From Ruditapes philippinarum (Eukaryota), in NCBI RefSeq assembly GCF_026571515.1, contig NW_026862742.1, positions 186,001 to 250,000 of the forward strand: a stretch of 64,000 bases of DNA, in the 5' to 3' direction. Below, one piece after another: positions 51,001-62,375 of the stretch. A program made the position numbers and the translations under genes. The notes beneath the pieces are model-generated. The model saw nothing but the letters and a program-made list of their open reading frames with translations. It searched no databases and had not been told where the DNA came from. Numbering within the stretch: position 1 is the first letter of the stretch; every line of letters starts with the position of its first letter.

Positions 51001-53605
51001 ACTGTAGTCCCTTTTTTCGACTTGGAACTGGTGCCAGAATTGACAATTGAAGAAAATGGCAAGATTTACGCCATATATAATAACCATATAAACATATTAA
51101 GGTAGGATTTTGCTGTCTGTACCCCCGGTTGATGTAAACCTGGCCTATTTATCATGGCGTAGACCAAATAACGCCAGAAAACGAAATAGCTTGCAACCGA
51201 AGCCCGCTCTAATACAAGCAACTTCCAAGGTTATGCAAAGTGTTTGATAAAACGGCTTATAAACTGACGAAGATTCAATATTCTGTGGAAAGCTTATATA
51301 TTTCCCCGTAGACTGGTGCATATCCCAAAGATATTGATACAGAAATAAAATATTTACGGCTATTTTCTTTTCCGAATCGAGCAATATTTGTCTTGGAAAT
51401 GATGCCAAAAATGACGTCAATGTCACGTGGTATGGCCACACTGAGCAGAGCCTGGTACAGTGTATTATGATTTAACCCTCATGATTAGATACATACCGCG
51501 GTGATTAACCAACAAAATAAAAGAATTGGTAAAATGATTTTAAATGTTTTTGATGGGGATGATTTCCTTATGTTCCTTATGTTCAATGATGCCTAAATTT
51601 CTATATGCAAAGTTAAGTTTTTCCAAAAGTTTTTTTTGTTTTGTTTTTTTTTGTTTTTTTTTGCAATCGAAACATTATGAAATATTTGCTTTGAGCAAAG
51701 TGATAACTTACCAACCCAATCTTTTATGTGAAAACAACTTCCAGAGTAGCTACATAAATATAATATGCATTATTTATTTAGAGTATTTATATTTTGTATA
51801 AACTCTCATTTCATTTAAGTTTTTGTTTGTTTGTTGTTTTTGTGTGGGTTTTTTTGCGTGTTTTTTTTTTGTCATATACCGGTTGGTCCTCCTGCTATTC
51901 TGTGAATGTCAATTAATTTTTAATTCATCGAAGAATAAGCGTTTATTTTTCTAACATTTACGTATATCTAACGTCATTACGTCGCCATATAATTCAGTAA
52001 TCACAATGAAATAATTTCCATCTAAAATGTAATTTTACTGGTCCTTCGGGACCCTCTGATTCCGGTAATTTATTAATGATCGCTGGCGGTAATAAAGCCG
52101 GCCTCAAGCAGAATGATAAATAGTGTTATTTTAAAAGATCTGTCAATGTGGGTTTCAATTTGTTTACACTACTGTCGGGGGCCTTATTACTGAATTCAAT
52201 GAATTTTAAATAACGGGAACACACCTTTATTACAAAAGTATATCAATCAAAATAAACAAATATAGGAGTGTGGAACTTTAAGTGCCCTATTCAAATTGTA
52301 TACCAAAATGCGAAGTTAACTATATAATGTAAATTGTTGTCAAGTGAAACAGACAATGACTAGGAAACAAGAATAGAGAGCAAACAATGCGTGGTAAAAT
52401 AGTCACTGATAGTAATAATTGACCGATATAACATTGTATTATTAACAACAGGTATTATTTACAATGAAATGTTTCATACCGACGAATTCATTAGAAATAT
52501 ATAATAACAGACATTCATGTTTGTTTTACATATATGATTTATTCTTTTAACATACCATCGAGAAAAAGATCTTTTAATTTTTGTTTAACAGTAAACTCTT
52601 TATGCCATTCAAGGTTTGTAACTGTGAAGGGCCATAACATCATGTTAGCTGAATCTTCAAAAACTTTTAAGATTAGTTATTGTAAATTACACAACCAAAA
52701 CGAATATTGTCCGATCAGATTTTGCTAGTCTTTTCTTTGTCGGAAAATATTTTTCTTACACATCTTAAAATTTTTAAACAAAATAGTGCATTTTCAAAAG
52801 ACAAAAAAACTAATAACATATCAATATACACACAATGAATATGTTATTACAGATAACGGATAATGTAACTATTTTGCCATATTTTTTATTCTGGCATTAA
52901 AGCGCGCTTGTGTGTCTTAGTGTTATATTGTTTATCGCATGTATATGTCTCTTATATCAAATACACATATAACTTAGAGTCAAAATACAATAAGGTTGGG
53001 CCATTGTTGTTTCACTATTATTTGAAAACCCTCCCCGCCTGTGTTGAAAACTTAATACCCGATACTTTGATTAAAGATTTCAGTTAATGTACAAAATGCT
53101 TTAAGTAGTTATATATGTCTGACAATTTAAGACAAAAGAAAAACAATGAAGTATGTTTGTGTCAAGTGATAATCATGTTAATAAATACGGAAATTGCAAA
53201 AATACATATAAATGGTATAAGTAAGCACAGCGAGCAAGCTTTTACATAATGTAAAATAATATAATGTAAATCAAATCTAACCTCACTAATGTCCGATTTC
53301 AACACCAGAACGCATGGTCCGGTTTGTCCGTTAGTCATGACAAGATCGCCAATTTCAGAAGAAATTAATTCGCAAATCTTATATTGCCGGCGATAATTGA
53401 TAGCTTCACACTCGGGTCTAGTTCCACATTCTGTAATGCATTCCGCCAAGGAAATTCTTGCAAAAGTTCTTATGACATTCAATGTTTTTGTTTCAAGACA
53501 TGTATTGTGCTGCGTTATAACAAACTGGAAATTTGATTCTGCATTTTCTACGTTTATCATGGATGCGTACAAAAGTAAATTTATTGTAAATATCAAGTCA
53601 TACAT
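42049..53605 (-). CDS. Secreted PAN/Apple + 5x CCP(sushi) + fibrinogen-related domain protein, 8 exons, ~638 aa
   Basis: Exons (minus): 53282-53605 (signal + PAN: CITECGTRPECEAINY...CEL), 47518-47578 (VQTCSCAVGDVCKNNNCLTK), sushi exons 47158-47325, 45902-46075, 45239-45412, 44815-44988, 44389-44568 (all phase 1-1), and 42049-42710 (FReD: GGWTIIQRR, YWLGND, FSTKDNDND, GAWWYEACHDSNLNG). They total 1917 nt in one frame. The exon 1-2 join across 5.7 kb is inferred. Confidence 0.82.
43044..43269. mobile_element. Sola-like MITE, TSD AAAT
   Basis: AAAT|GAGCCGCGTAACGACAAAACCAACG...AACGCGGCTC|AAAT. Confidence 0.85.
43608..43842. mobile_element. Sola-like MITE, full-length palindromic copy
   Basis: GAGCCGCGCCATGACAAAACC...GTCATGACGCGGCTC with ~100-bp arms; flanks ATTT and ATAT. 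Confidence 0.85.
44043..44257 (+). mobile_element. LINE reverse-transcriptase core fragment
   Basis: QGPILCPLLFIFI (frameshift) NDIALATINSNIDYADDSTIY...LQKNMDGIDRWC, containing the QG..L.PLLF and YADD RT motifs. Confidence 0.8.
46320..46660 (+). mobile_element. Helentron/HINE-like non-autonomous repeat fragment
   Basis: AAGGGCAATAACTC, twice-repeated TCCTGTAAAGTTT...GTCTGGACA subunits, and a terminal GACGGACGGACG microsatellite. Confidence 0.5.
48451..51443. mobile_element. 3.0-kb non-autonomous DNA transposon with ~500-bp TIRs, CAG..CTG ends and 4-bp TSD AGCA (Academ-like by end structure)
   Basis: CAGTGTGGCCATACCACGTGACATT at 48451 and its reverse complement ending at 51443. Mirror ORFs 48453-48746(+) and 51145-51441(-) show near-identical arms (~48451-48952, ~50940-51443). 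Flanks AGCA|..|AGCA. Confidence 0.85.
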
Positions 53606-53722
53606 TATGATATCAAACTTTATGGTTTAGTCATTCAAATTTTAGATCGAACAAGTTTTTTCTAAGAAACACTTTGTAGAAGTGAAATTTCTCTCGTTTA
53701 CTATGATCTACCATACAACCAA

Positions 53723-53748
53723 CCAATAAACAAGAACCAATAACCAAT
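53723..53748. promoter_or_regulatory. Triple CCAAT cluster upstream of the PAN-sushi-FReD start codon
   Basis: CCAAT at 53723, 53737 and 53744, about 120-145 bp 5' of the ATG at 53605. Function is inferred. Confidence 0.35.
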
Positions 53749-54710
53749 CAAATACGGCGATACCATAACTGGATGGTGATTTGTTAAATGAGCGGGAGTA
53801 TTGATATTCCGGAAGGAATCTAGCAACTACTTTATTAGTTATACAAGTTGTTGATGGGTTACTTTATAATAATGCTGTTACTTACCATAAATATACGGTT
53901 AATGCATTTTTTTTCGTGCAAAAGCAGGCGGGTGCATTTAATAAGTCTGAGGGGTTCTGCAGATGTTAATGCACGAAAAAAGTGCATTAGCGCTATTCTT
54001 GCACATATATATAGGTATACATCTATGCAAGAATGGACGTGTACGACTATTCGTTTGTATGCAATAATAATGAATTTAAAAATACTCTACTTTAAAAAAT
54101 AAAATATTTTCTTTTCTTGCATTAAAACTGCGCATGCAAGTATACATTAACGGGAAAAAAACAAGCATTAACGGATAAATTCTCGTGACCACGCGCCAGT
54201 TTTGCACGTTTTATGGATATGCATGACACAGGGTGCGATGTTTTATTGCTGTGTTGTTCTTTTATTTTCATATACGCCCAGTAGCTTTCTCAATTTACAT
54301 TATATGTTAATTATGGTACAGTTTATTACTTTTCTTGGCGATTGAATAAATGTCGATGTTGCGATATATAATAGATTAATATGTATTACTTCTACTAGTA
54401 TCCCTTTTACGTGTATTTTAATCTTTTAAGTATATATTATTTTATTATGGAATCATTTTCGGTCTTTTAATATCTGTAATTAAATTGCTTGCAGATGACT
54501 ACGAACAAATTGGTTTTTAATATAAAGTATTATAACGTACTTGATTTTTTTTAAATAAGCCGTATAAATGTCTAAAATGAAGCATAGAGTCAATACACTT
54601 TTTGCTATAGAGCATCAAAACACGAGGCTATCCGATTTGTTCAAGTGGGCGGGGGGTGAAGCGTAGGCCCGAGTAAAATTCAGATTGCCGAGTGTTTCCC
54701 TATAGGTATA

Positions 54711-56522
54711 TACTGTGGCACAAAGGTAACATGTGTGTGTTTTTATTTTTCTCGTGGCCACGAGATAATTAAGTCGTGGCCACGAGATACTATGTCGTAG
54801 CCACGAGTTACTATGTCGTGGCCACGAAATATTAAGTCGTAGCCACGAGGTACCTTGTCGTGCTCACGAGATACTATCTCGTGGCCACGAGATACTATGT
54901 CGTGGCCACGAAATACTATGTCGTGGCCACGAGATAGTTAAGTCGTGGGAACGAGATACTATGTTGTGGCTACGAGTAACTAAGTCATGGCCACGAAATA
55001 ATTAAGTCGTGGCCACGAGATAATTAAGTCGTGACCGCGAGATACTATGTCGTGGCCAAAAGTTTCTAAGTTGTGGCCACGAGATAGTTAAGTCTTGGCC
55101 ACGAGATACTATGTCGTGGCCACGAATTATTAAGTCGCGGCCACGAGACAGTTAAGTCGTCGTCACGATATACTTTGTTGTGGCCACGAGTTACTAAGTT
55201 GTGGCCACGAGATAGTTAAGTCTTGGGAACGAGATACTATGTCATGGCCACAAGTTACTAAGTCGTGGTCACCAGATAAATAACCAGTCAGATTACACTA
55301 TTTATATGAATTTTCCTAATATACTAGACATGTGCTATTACTTACAAGGATGCCCCTACTTCACCTGCCTGTAAAAGTGCCATTTGTAAAAGTTATTGAG
55401 TGGTCAATGATTTTACATTTAGAGTTATTGTGACCCTGATTTTTGACCCAATGGCATCACAATTGTTAGGTGCCATCTACTGATCTGGAGCAATGGTCTT
55501 TCAAGGTTATATAAACAATGGCTTATTCCTTTTAAATCATTAATCAGACAAGGATTTTACATGAAGTGTCATATTTAAGTTAACCCTTGACCTCAAACAT
55601 CCGTATAGGCTATCTACTGTCAATGGACATTGACCCTACCAAATAAAATGAACCAGGACTAATTCCTTCTCGAGTTATCGTATAAACAAGGTTAACAAGC
55701 CGCTGTACGTACAAGCTGACCAATTCTATAATAGAATTGTCCCCTCAAAGGGCAATAACTTTGTCAAAATTAATGTCTGATTTATGGGCCTTAGAAAATG
55801 ACTTTCTAATTTGATCCTAAAGACATGTATCAAGTTTAAATAGAGCACTACAGTATTTCAAAGATTAATGTTGCATGTAAAACTTAAAACAGAAATTTTT
55901 CTAAGTTTAAGAAAGTTATAATTTAATCTGATTGGTTAATTAGCTCGTGCGCACGACTTAGTTATCTCGTGGCCACGACTAAGTAAGTCGTAGCAACGAC
56001 ATGGTATCTTGTTCCAACGACTTAATTATCTCGTGGCCACGACATAGTAACCCGTGGCAACGACTTAGTACCTCGTGGCCACGACATAGTATCTCGTTCC
56101 CACGACATAACTATCTCATGCACACAACTAAGTAACTCGTGGCCACGACATAGTATCTCGTTCCCGCGATTTAACTATATCGTGGCCACGACTTAGTAAC
56201 TCGTGGCCACGACATAGTATCTCGTGAGCACGACATAGTATCTCGTGGCTACGACTTAATATCTCGTGGCCACGACATAGTATCTCGTTCCCACGACATA
56301 TTAATTATCTCATGCACACAACTTAGTAACTCGTGGCCACGACATAGTATCTTGTTCCCACGACTTAGCTATCTCGTGGCCACGACTTAGTAACTCGTGG
56401 CTACGACATAGTATCTCGTGGCCACGACTTAATTATCTCTAGGCCACGACTTTATAACTCGTGGGCACAACATAGTTTCTCGTGTGCACGATATAAATTA
56501 AACAACACGCATGTCACCTTTG
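54711..56522. mobile_element. Foldback element: two inverted arrays of ~21-22-bp units with a TCGTGGCCACGA palindromic core; TAC.G terminus (IS3EU-like)
   Basis: Left end TACTGTGGCACAAAGGTAACATG. Array ~54752-55275 and inverted array ~55945-56491 (about 25 units each). Inner IR AACCAGTCAGATTA/TAATCTGATTGGTT. Right end CATGTCACCTTTG is truncated. Confidence 0.85.
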
Positions 56523-56727
56523 TACGGTGGCACAAAGGTGACATGGATGTGTGTTGTTATTTTTTTGTCACATAAGATCAACTAGTTATATTTTTACTCG
56601 TAAAAAAACAAATATAAGAAACATTTCTAGACTCGGGAGAAAAAAATCTTAAATACCCATGCAAGTTTGAAAAATCAATTGATATATAAATATCTTTGAT
56701 TTATCATATATTGTCTTCGTTTTGATA

Positions 56728-56885
56728 TGACTGAAGCCGTTGACTTCAAACCACTTGCCCATCAGCGTTGTGTGTTCGATTCCTACCAAGGACTTTGGAT
56801 TCTTTCATGTGAGTAAGCTATCCAGTCAGCTAACGGAACGTTGCTGGTTCCACTCAAGTGCCCGTTTGTCTCTAACATAATGTTG
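56728..56885 (+). mobile_element. tRNA-derived SINE fragment (bivalve Meta-type central domain)
   Basis: B-box GTTCGATTCC followed by GGACTTTGGATTCTTTCATGTGAG.AAGCTATCCAG..AGCT.ACGGAACG...TGGTTC.ACTCA.GTGCCCG. Family assignment is from recall, not from a search. Confidence 0.65.
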
Positions 56886-56978
56886 ATGCGACGTTATTAC
56901 CGAACCCAAAATGCGTATATAAGTGATTATGTTGTATTTCATATAAAATGTTTGTAAAAATAGAATCATAGTTCTTAC

Positions 56979-57928
56979 CGCTATTAAAACATTTGTCTTC
57001 AAGTTCACATACTTCACGGGAGGCACAGTTGCAGGTTTGTATCTGCGAAAATAATGAATAATGAAGATAATGAAATAAAATGAAAATAATGCTTGTATAA
57101 TACCCACGAGAGAACAATTTATAGCATTTCTAAGTGAGATGCATTTATTGTTGTTGGTAACAATAGGAATAGTTATATCAAATAAATCAATAGTGTGATT
57201 TGATAAAAAAAGTCAATAAAGATTTACTTTCGTATACAAAGAAGAAGTGGATAGTTATTATCAATGTGCATGTTTAGTATGCATGGTAGAAGTTACTGTT
57301 TAACTATTAGGAAACGTCATAGAGTATAAACTAGACCTAAATAAGTTCCATGTGCTTATGTTTTGATACATGACATTACATCAATAAGATATAATAATAT
57401 AAGAAATATTTGAAACGATTCCATTTATTTTATTGTGTGGTATAAATTTGTGGTATATTTCTGGTCAAAAAAGCATTCATCACCCAACCATATTTGTATT
57501 TGTAATTTATCACTATTCACATTTATTATGGTGATGAATGTGGTAATGATGATGACGTTGACGAAAATGTTGATGACGATGATGATGATGAATTACACTT
57601 AACCTTATTAAACTCCGACTTTGCTATAAAAAGACACGGTCCAGTCTGTCCATTATTTTGCACTAGATTCACATTTACAGAATTCGCATATTTTAGTTCG
57701 CCTGCGTTAATTAATCGCCATGCTGTCGGGCCTGTTTCCACACTCTAGCATACATTCCTGTGCTGAAAATTTTGACAAAGTTCTTATAATATCTAAAAAG
57801 TTTGACGCTAGACATTTCTTGAATTCTGTTATCGAATATTGCAAATACTGTTCAGCAAATGTTCCGTATAGAAACATTTCAGAAATGATCATAAAAAATA
57901 CGATTTTCTGACACATTTTGATCATCAT
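56979..57928 (-). pseudogene. Disabled duplicate of exons 1-2 (signal + PAN + Cys module) of the PAN-sushi-FReD gene
   Basis: Exon 57604-57928 aligns to 53282-53605 (IIRTLSKFSAQECMLECGNRPD, NGQTGPCLFIAKSE) but has TAA in place of Tyr (57707-57709), a frameshift after KICE and a Cys-to-Ser change. Exon 56979-57042 (IQTCNCASREVCELEDKCFNS) parallels 47518-47578. No sushi exons of its own were seen. Confidence 0.75.
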
Positions 57929-57997
57929 TTCAGCGTTACATAGAATCAACTCAAGACATACATTTGTTTAAAATAATTGAAAAAGCAAATAGGGCAC

Positions 57998-58005
57998 TAT
58001 TTATA
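57998..58005 (-). promoter_or_regulatory. Candidate TATA box of the upstream PAN cassette
   Basis: TATAAATA on the minus strand about 70 bp 5' of the ATG at 57928. Confidence 0.35.
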
Positions 58006-58254
58006 TTAAATGTATGTATCAATTAATCGTTTGCTTTTGTCCAAAATTGACAGGTACTTGTCATGGGCAAAAATATTTTCCTTACTCACAATGAGCATTA
58101 AATGACTTGCCAAATGTAATTCATATAATTTCAAATGCCAACTCGTTGTTTATTTGTTTGCTCTAGAAAATCGATTTCCGTAATAAAGAGCATAAAAGCG
58201 TAACATAAAATTTGTGTGGATATAGTTAAAATAATTTGTGAATGTAATTCAGAG

Positions 58255-58480
58255 TGGCGGCGTGAACGAGTGGTGAACGAGTAGGACTGGTAAGCTAAAA
58301 AAATGCTGTCCGCGTGAGTTCAAACCCCGTCACGGTAAACCGTTTTTTCCATGTGCAAGAAATTTAACATTCATTGCTTAGTACTTGTTGGTTACAGGAA
58401 CGGATTCGAGAATGTTTTAATAAGCTTACAAGGTTTCCAATACAACTAAAATAAATTAGTAGGAAGATAAACTAAATAGT
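58255..58480 (+). mobile_element. tRNA-derived SINE
   Basis: A-box-like GTGAACGAGTGG, B-box GAGTTCAAACCCC, body CATTGCTTAGTACT.GTTGGTT.CAGGAACGGATTCGAG, A-rich tail. Confidence 0.6.
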
Positions 58481-61400
58481 TTGTGTATGTTTGGTCCAAA
58501 TGCTACAAGTACTGTTAAATAAAGCGTGATTATAAAACCACTTTTTTAGATATACTTATTATAGGCGGGAAATTTATGTTAATGTAATGTAAATTATACC
58601 AGTCTAAAATGTCGTTCCAGATACATAGATCTATTAAAATATTTATTATTACTATCTGTTGCATGTTGAAATTAAAAATATACTATGGTACATATTGTAT
58701 ATATGAGACAATTAATTAAAGATTATATTGAGAAACGTCATTCTATATTGATGACAAAACAAATTTCAGATCAATCGACTTATTGCTCCTGATAGTAATA
58801 GGCAGCATAAAAATGTATAATTATGTTGACATAAATTTGGCTAGATATGTTTGAATCAAGAAAATTAATTAAATTGGTATCTAAGGCATATCAATACTCA
58901 GTTTTGTCTAAAATCCATTAAGATTGAAGAAGAAAGTGGATCGCTCTTAAAGTAGAATTCCTGCTTATTATGCCAATGTTAAACAATGTAGGAAAACCCA
59001 ATCAAAGCACTTTTTTTAAAATTACAGGTCGTGCTTTATTCTGTCAAGTTTAATTGAATTAGCTACATACTCTAATAATGACCATTGAAATGTGTTTAAT
59101 ATACGAAATAAAAACAACCTTAAATATAAAATTCGAATTTTTCTATGAGTCACGTGTCTTATGGATCATACATTAAGTAGAATATAAAATTTAAAGTGGA
59201 AATTTATTTTTACTTTATCTTGCACACTATCAATGAATTCCTTTTGGATGAGCATAGTGCTACAATTTGCTATTATAATTACAAGGTGAATTTTACTTCA
59301 TATGAGTGTCAATCTGATTTTATTAATACACAAACAATATCAGACTTACAGTTATGTTTAAATTCAGCTAATTTTAATATTATTCTAATATATATATAAT
59401 TATTATAACATATTGGCCAAGGCATGTTCGACATTTTTGTAGATTGGGTGATGTCTTTTAACTATTTGAAAGCCTGGCTTTTATTCAAACATTGTAGGAG
59501 AAAAACCATAATTACATTTTAGAATCACATTTGGACACCACGCCACTCTTTTTAACAGAACGTCCGTCAGATTACAATTTAAAGTACGTCATTATATGAA
59601 CACTGCATAGTTTACGTTAATTGCCTATAACTGAACTCATCGGACAACTGCTATTTCATTTTCCATTTCTATTTAGTATACGCATTAAATTCATTGTGTT
59701 TAGATAAAAAGATAACGTACACGGGAACCTCCTAATGACAAAATATAATTGATGTATTGACAATTAAATGGAAAGAATATCTAATGGGTTAAATTGGAAA
59801 ATGAAACAATAAGAAGGATTTATCAATGCTTTGAGTGCTTTTTCAATTGAAATCTGAAACACGTATATACATGCGTTGTTTTGTTTATGTCAGTGTTTCA
59901 TTCACTTGATTCTGAATTTAAAGGTATATTTAAAGTCACTAACTGTTCATGATATTAGGCTATGTCAAGTCTGAAATGTAAGAAACAAAAGTTTGATTGG
60001 ATAATAGCGAATAGACAGCAAAATATAAGTGATGTGGTTTTTATCAAATAAGATCTAGTTCTAAAACTTAAAGGAAAAATATATTTCAACTTTTTTCTGT
60101 CTCATTGTATATCAATCATCAATATTCCAAGATCCTGCTTATTAGGAAATATTTTTTTACTAATGCATTGAATGTATTTGCAAACACAGACTTCTGTCGT
60201 TTCTCGCGTGGATGTTCTCGATGTCTTTATTGTTATACGTCGCTTTTCATGGAATGGCATGAAAGTGTCACATTGAAGGTTCCATGATAACCGCCGTATG
60301 AACACATCTGCAATTTCAAAAGTTCACCATTACCATGATAAAATGTTGAATTCTGCTTTAGCCCTAGGGGCATGGAAGGTTACTTGCACTTTCCATGGCT
60401 CAATCAAACCGAGCCTGCAACATTTTCAATTTTGTCGTTTTGTGCGTTCTTTACGGATTATTTTGCCTCAATTTTATAATTGCATCACTATAAATATCGG
60501 AGATGATATAGATATATTGAAAGTAACACATTATGAAAGAACGAACAAAAGTAATTACTACATTTTCATCCAGATACATTACAAAATCTGAATAGATCTA
60601 TCAATGCATATTTCCATTTACTAATTCTGCTGTATTTGATAAGCTGTTTATGGTGTCCACGTCATCTTTACATCATTATCAAAGCTTCGACCGTTGATCC
60701 TCATGTTTTGTTACTGAACACTTTAGATAAATTGTTTTGAAATTAAGTGTTTCGTACCACACAAATTTGTCTCAACACCCTTTTGCAACATTGCTTAGAT
60801 ATCTGGAATGCTTATTTATAACTTCAGCAATATTTAGACAAAAGCTTACAATTTTGTCATAGATTTTTTCATAACTATTCTCCCTGTCACATTTACAAAG
60901 ACTGACGTTTTTTGTACATTTTCAAGCACTGACAACTTTGGAGCATGTATATAGCTCTTATTCTTGTTTATGAAAAATATGAAAAAAAGCTTTTAAAATT
61001 TCATTATATGATTTACTACAAAAATACAATAGTGTGTATAATTGATTTACCTTATATGATCAAAAGTTATAATTGTTTTGATCAATAGTTTTAAAATGAT
61101 GGGATGACATGTGTTTAGAACATAACTTGCTGGTGATGTATCACAACATAGCATTTAGCAAAAATAAATCGTGGTCAAACAGGTTTTGAAATATCTTTAG
61201 GTAGGAGTTTTGTTATGTTTGTATATGATAATTAATTATTAATGTTTATGAGTAACATATCCACATTGTAAATGAAGATAAAATCTTTAGGTATTTTACA
61301 TATACGATTAATATATTAGAAAATATTAGAATAAGTTTTCATAATTGACTTTTTCTAGAAACTAAATTGACAATTATTTTGCAATCATTATTCATTGTTC

Positions 61401-61694
61401 TTTGTGAGGGATTAGATTAACTGTTAACCAATTTGAAAAAATACCGGTATTCTACTTTAAGTTGTTTTGGACATTTGTTAAAATACTCTTACAGTTATCT
61501 AAAAATTTGTACAGTTTCAAATAACATTGACAGCTAAGAAGTTATACTCCGGACAAGCATATTCTAATATATGATTCTGATTCATTGAGGGAGATAATTA
61601 AACAGTAAGCAAGGTAAAATAATAGTTTTGGTGGTCCGCATTTCTTATTACTAAGTAAAATATATCATGTATGTATGAAGTTTATGCTTGATGA

Positions 61695-62025
61695 GGGCCC
61701 ATTCCGCCCGGTAAGGCACAAAATGAAGCTTTCGCTGTCGAGTATGGACCCCGGACATGCTCACCAGTAATGCCATTGAAAGTTAATTTTGAAGCACAAA
61801 TTGGCGATAATATATTTCCATACAATTTCCACGGAGTATTAGCCAAAGATACGAATTTTGAGCCAAATGTAGTCACTGCACGGCGGTCAATGAGTACCTA
61901 ATTACACAGTTAGTTACCTGAGACAAATATGAAAGGAGGTAGCCCTTAAAAGGGCTGTTGGTACCAAGCAAAGGGTATGCATTACAAGCTTTCATTCGTA
62001 CTAGGGGCTCACGCACCCTAGTACC
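61695..62025 (+). repeat. Dispersed repeat, homologous to 1585-1870
   Basis: Colinear similarity with 1585-1870. Confidence 0.75.
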
Positions 62026-62375
62026 TCATCCTCGTCGACTCAGAGCCTACTTTGTAGGGCCACTCCCCTCGGCTTTAGTCAGAACACCAGCAGTTAACTT
62101 CATGCAAGCTAAGTCGTACCGCCTTAAACGTTACCATGAGCTGTAGAAAGCATGCGAACTTGCCGTCGTACACGTAGCATGGTTCTACACTCATCTGCCG
62201 ATTTCCAGTGTCTTCTCAACGACGTACACGTACCGACGGAGAGAGAAGTAATATATGTCACTTTTTGAAGTGTTAATCACTTCCCAAGTTATTCTCCAGA
62301 CAAGCATTTTTAAATACAATAAAAGGAGAGAATTAAAAAATAACGCATGGTAGAGAACTGCACTTCACTAATATC

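Noticed and set aside
48453-51441. Pairs of near-identical 72-98 aa ORFs on opposite strands as duplicated genes
   Set aside because: They are translations of the two TIR arms and have no protein motifs.
54752-56491. CRISPR-like array (palindromic repeats with spacers)
   Set aside because: Linkers are only 9-10 bp and recur from a set of about three, the arrays are inverted and bounded by transposon termini, no cas genes are present, and the context is eukaryotic.
57526-57741. Ser-rich ORF tail
   Set aside because: Read-through into an intronic (GAT)n microsatellite beyond the donor at 57603.
60540-60960. Possible decayed OB-fold/RPA-like coding relic on the minus strand (SVFVNVTGRIV...)
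   Set aside because: Stops in all frames and only a vague resemblance; not supportable without a blastx or HMM search.
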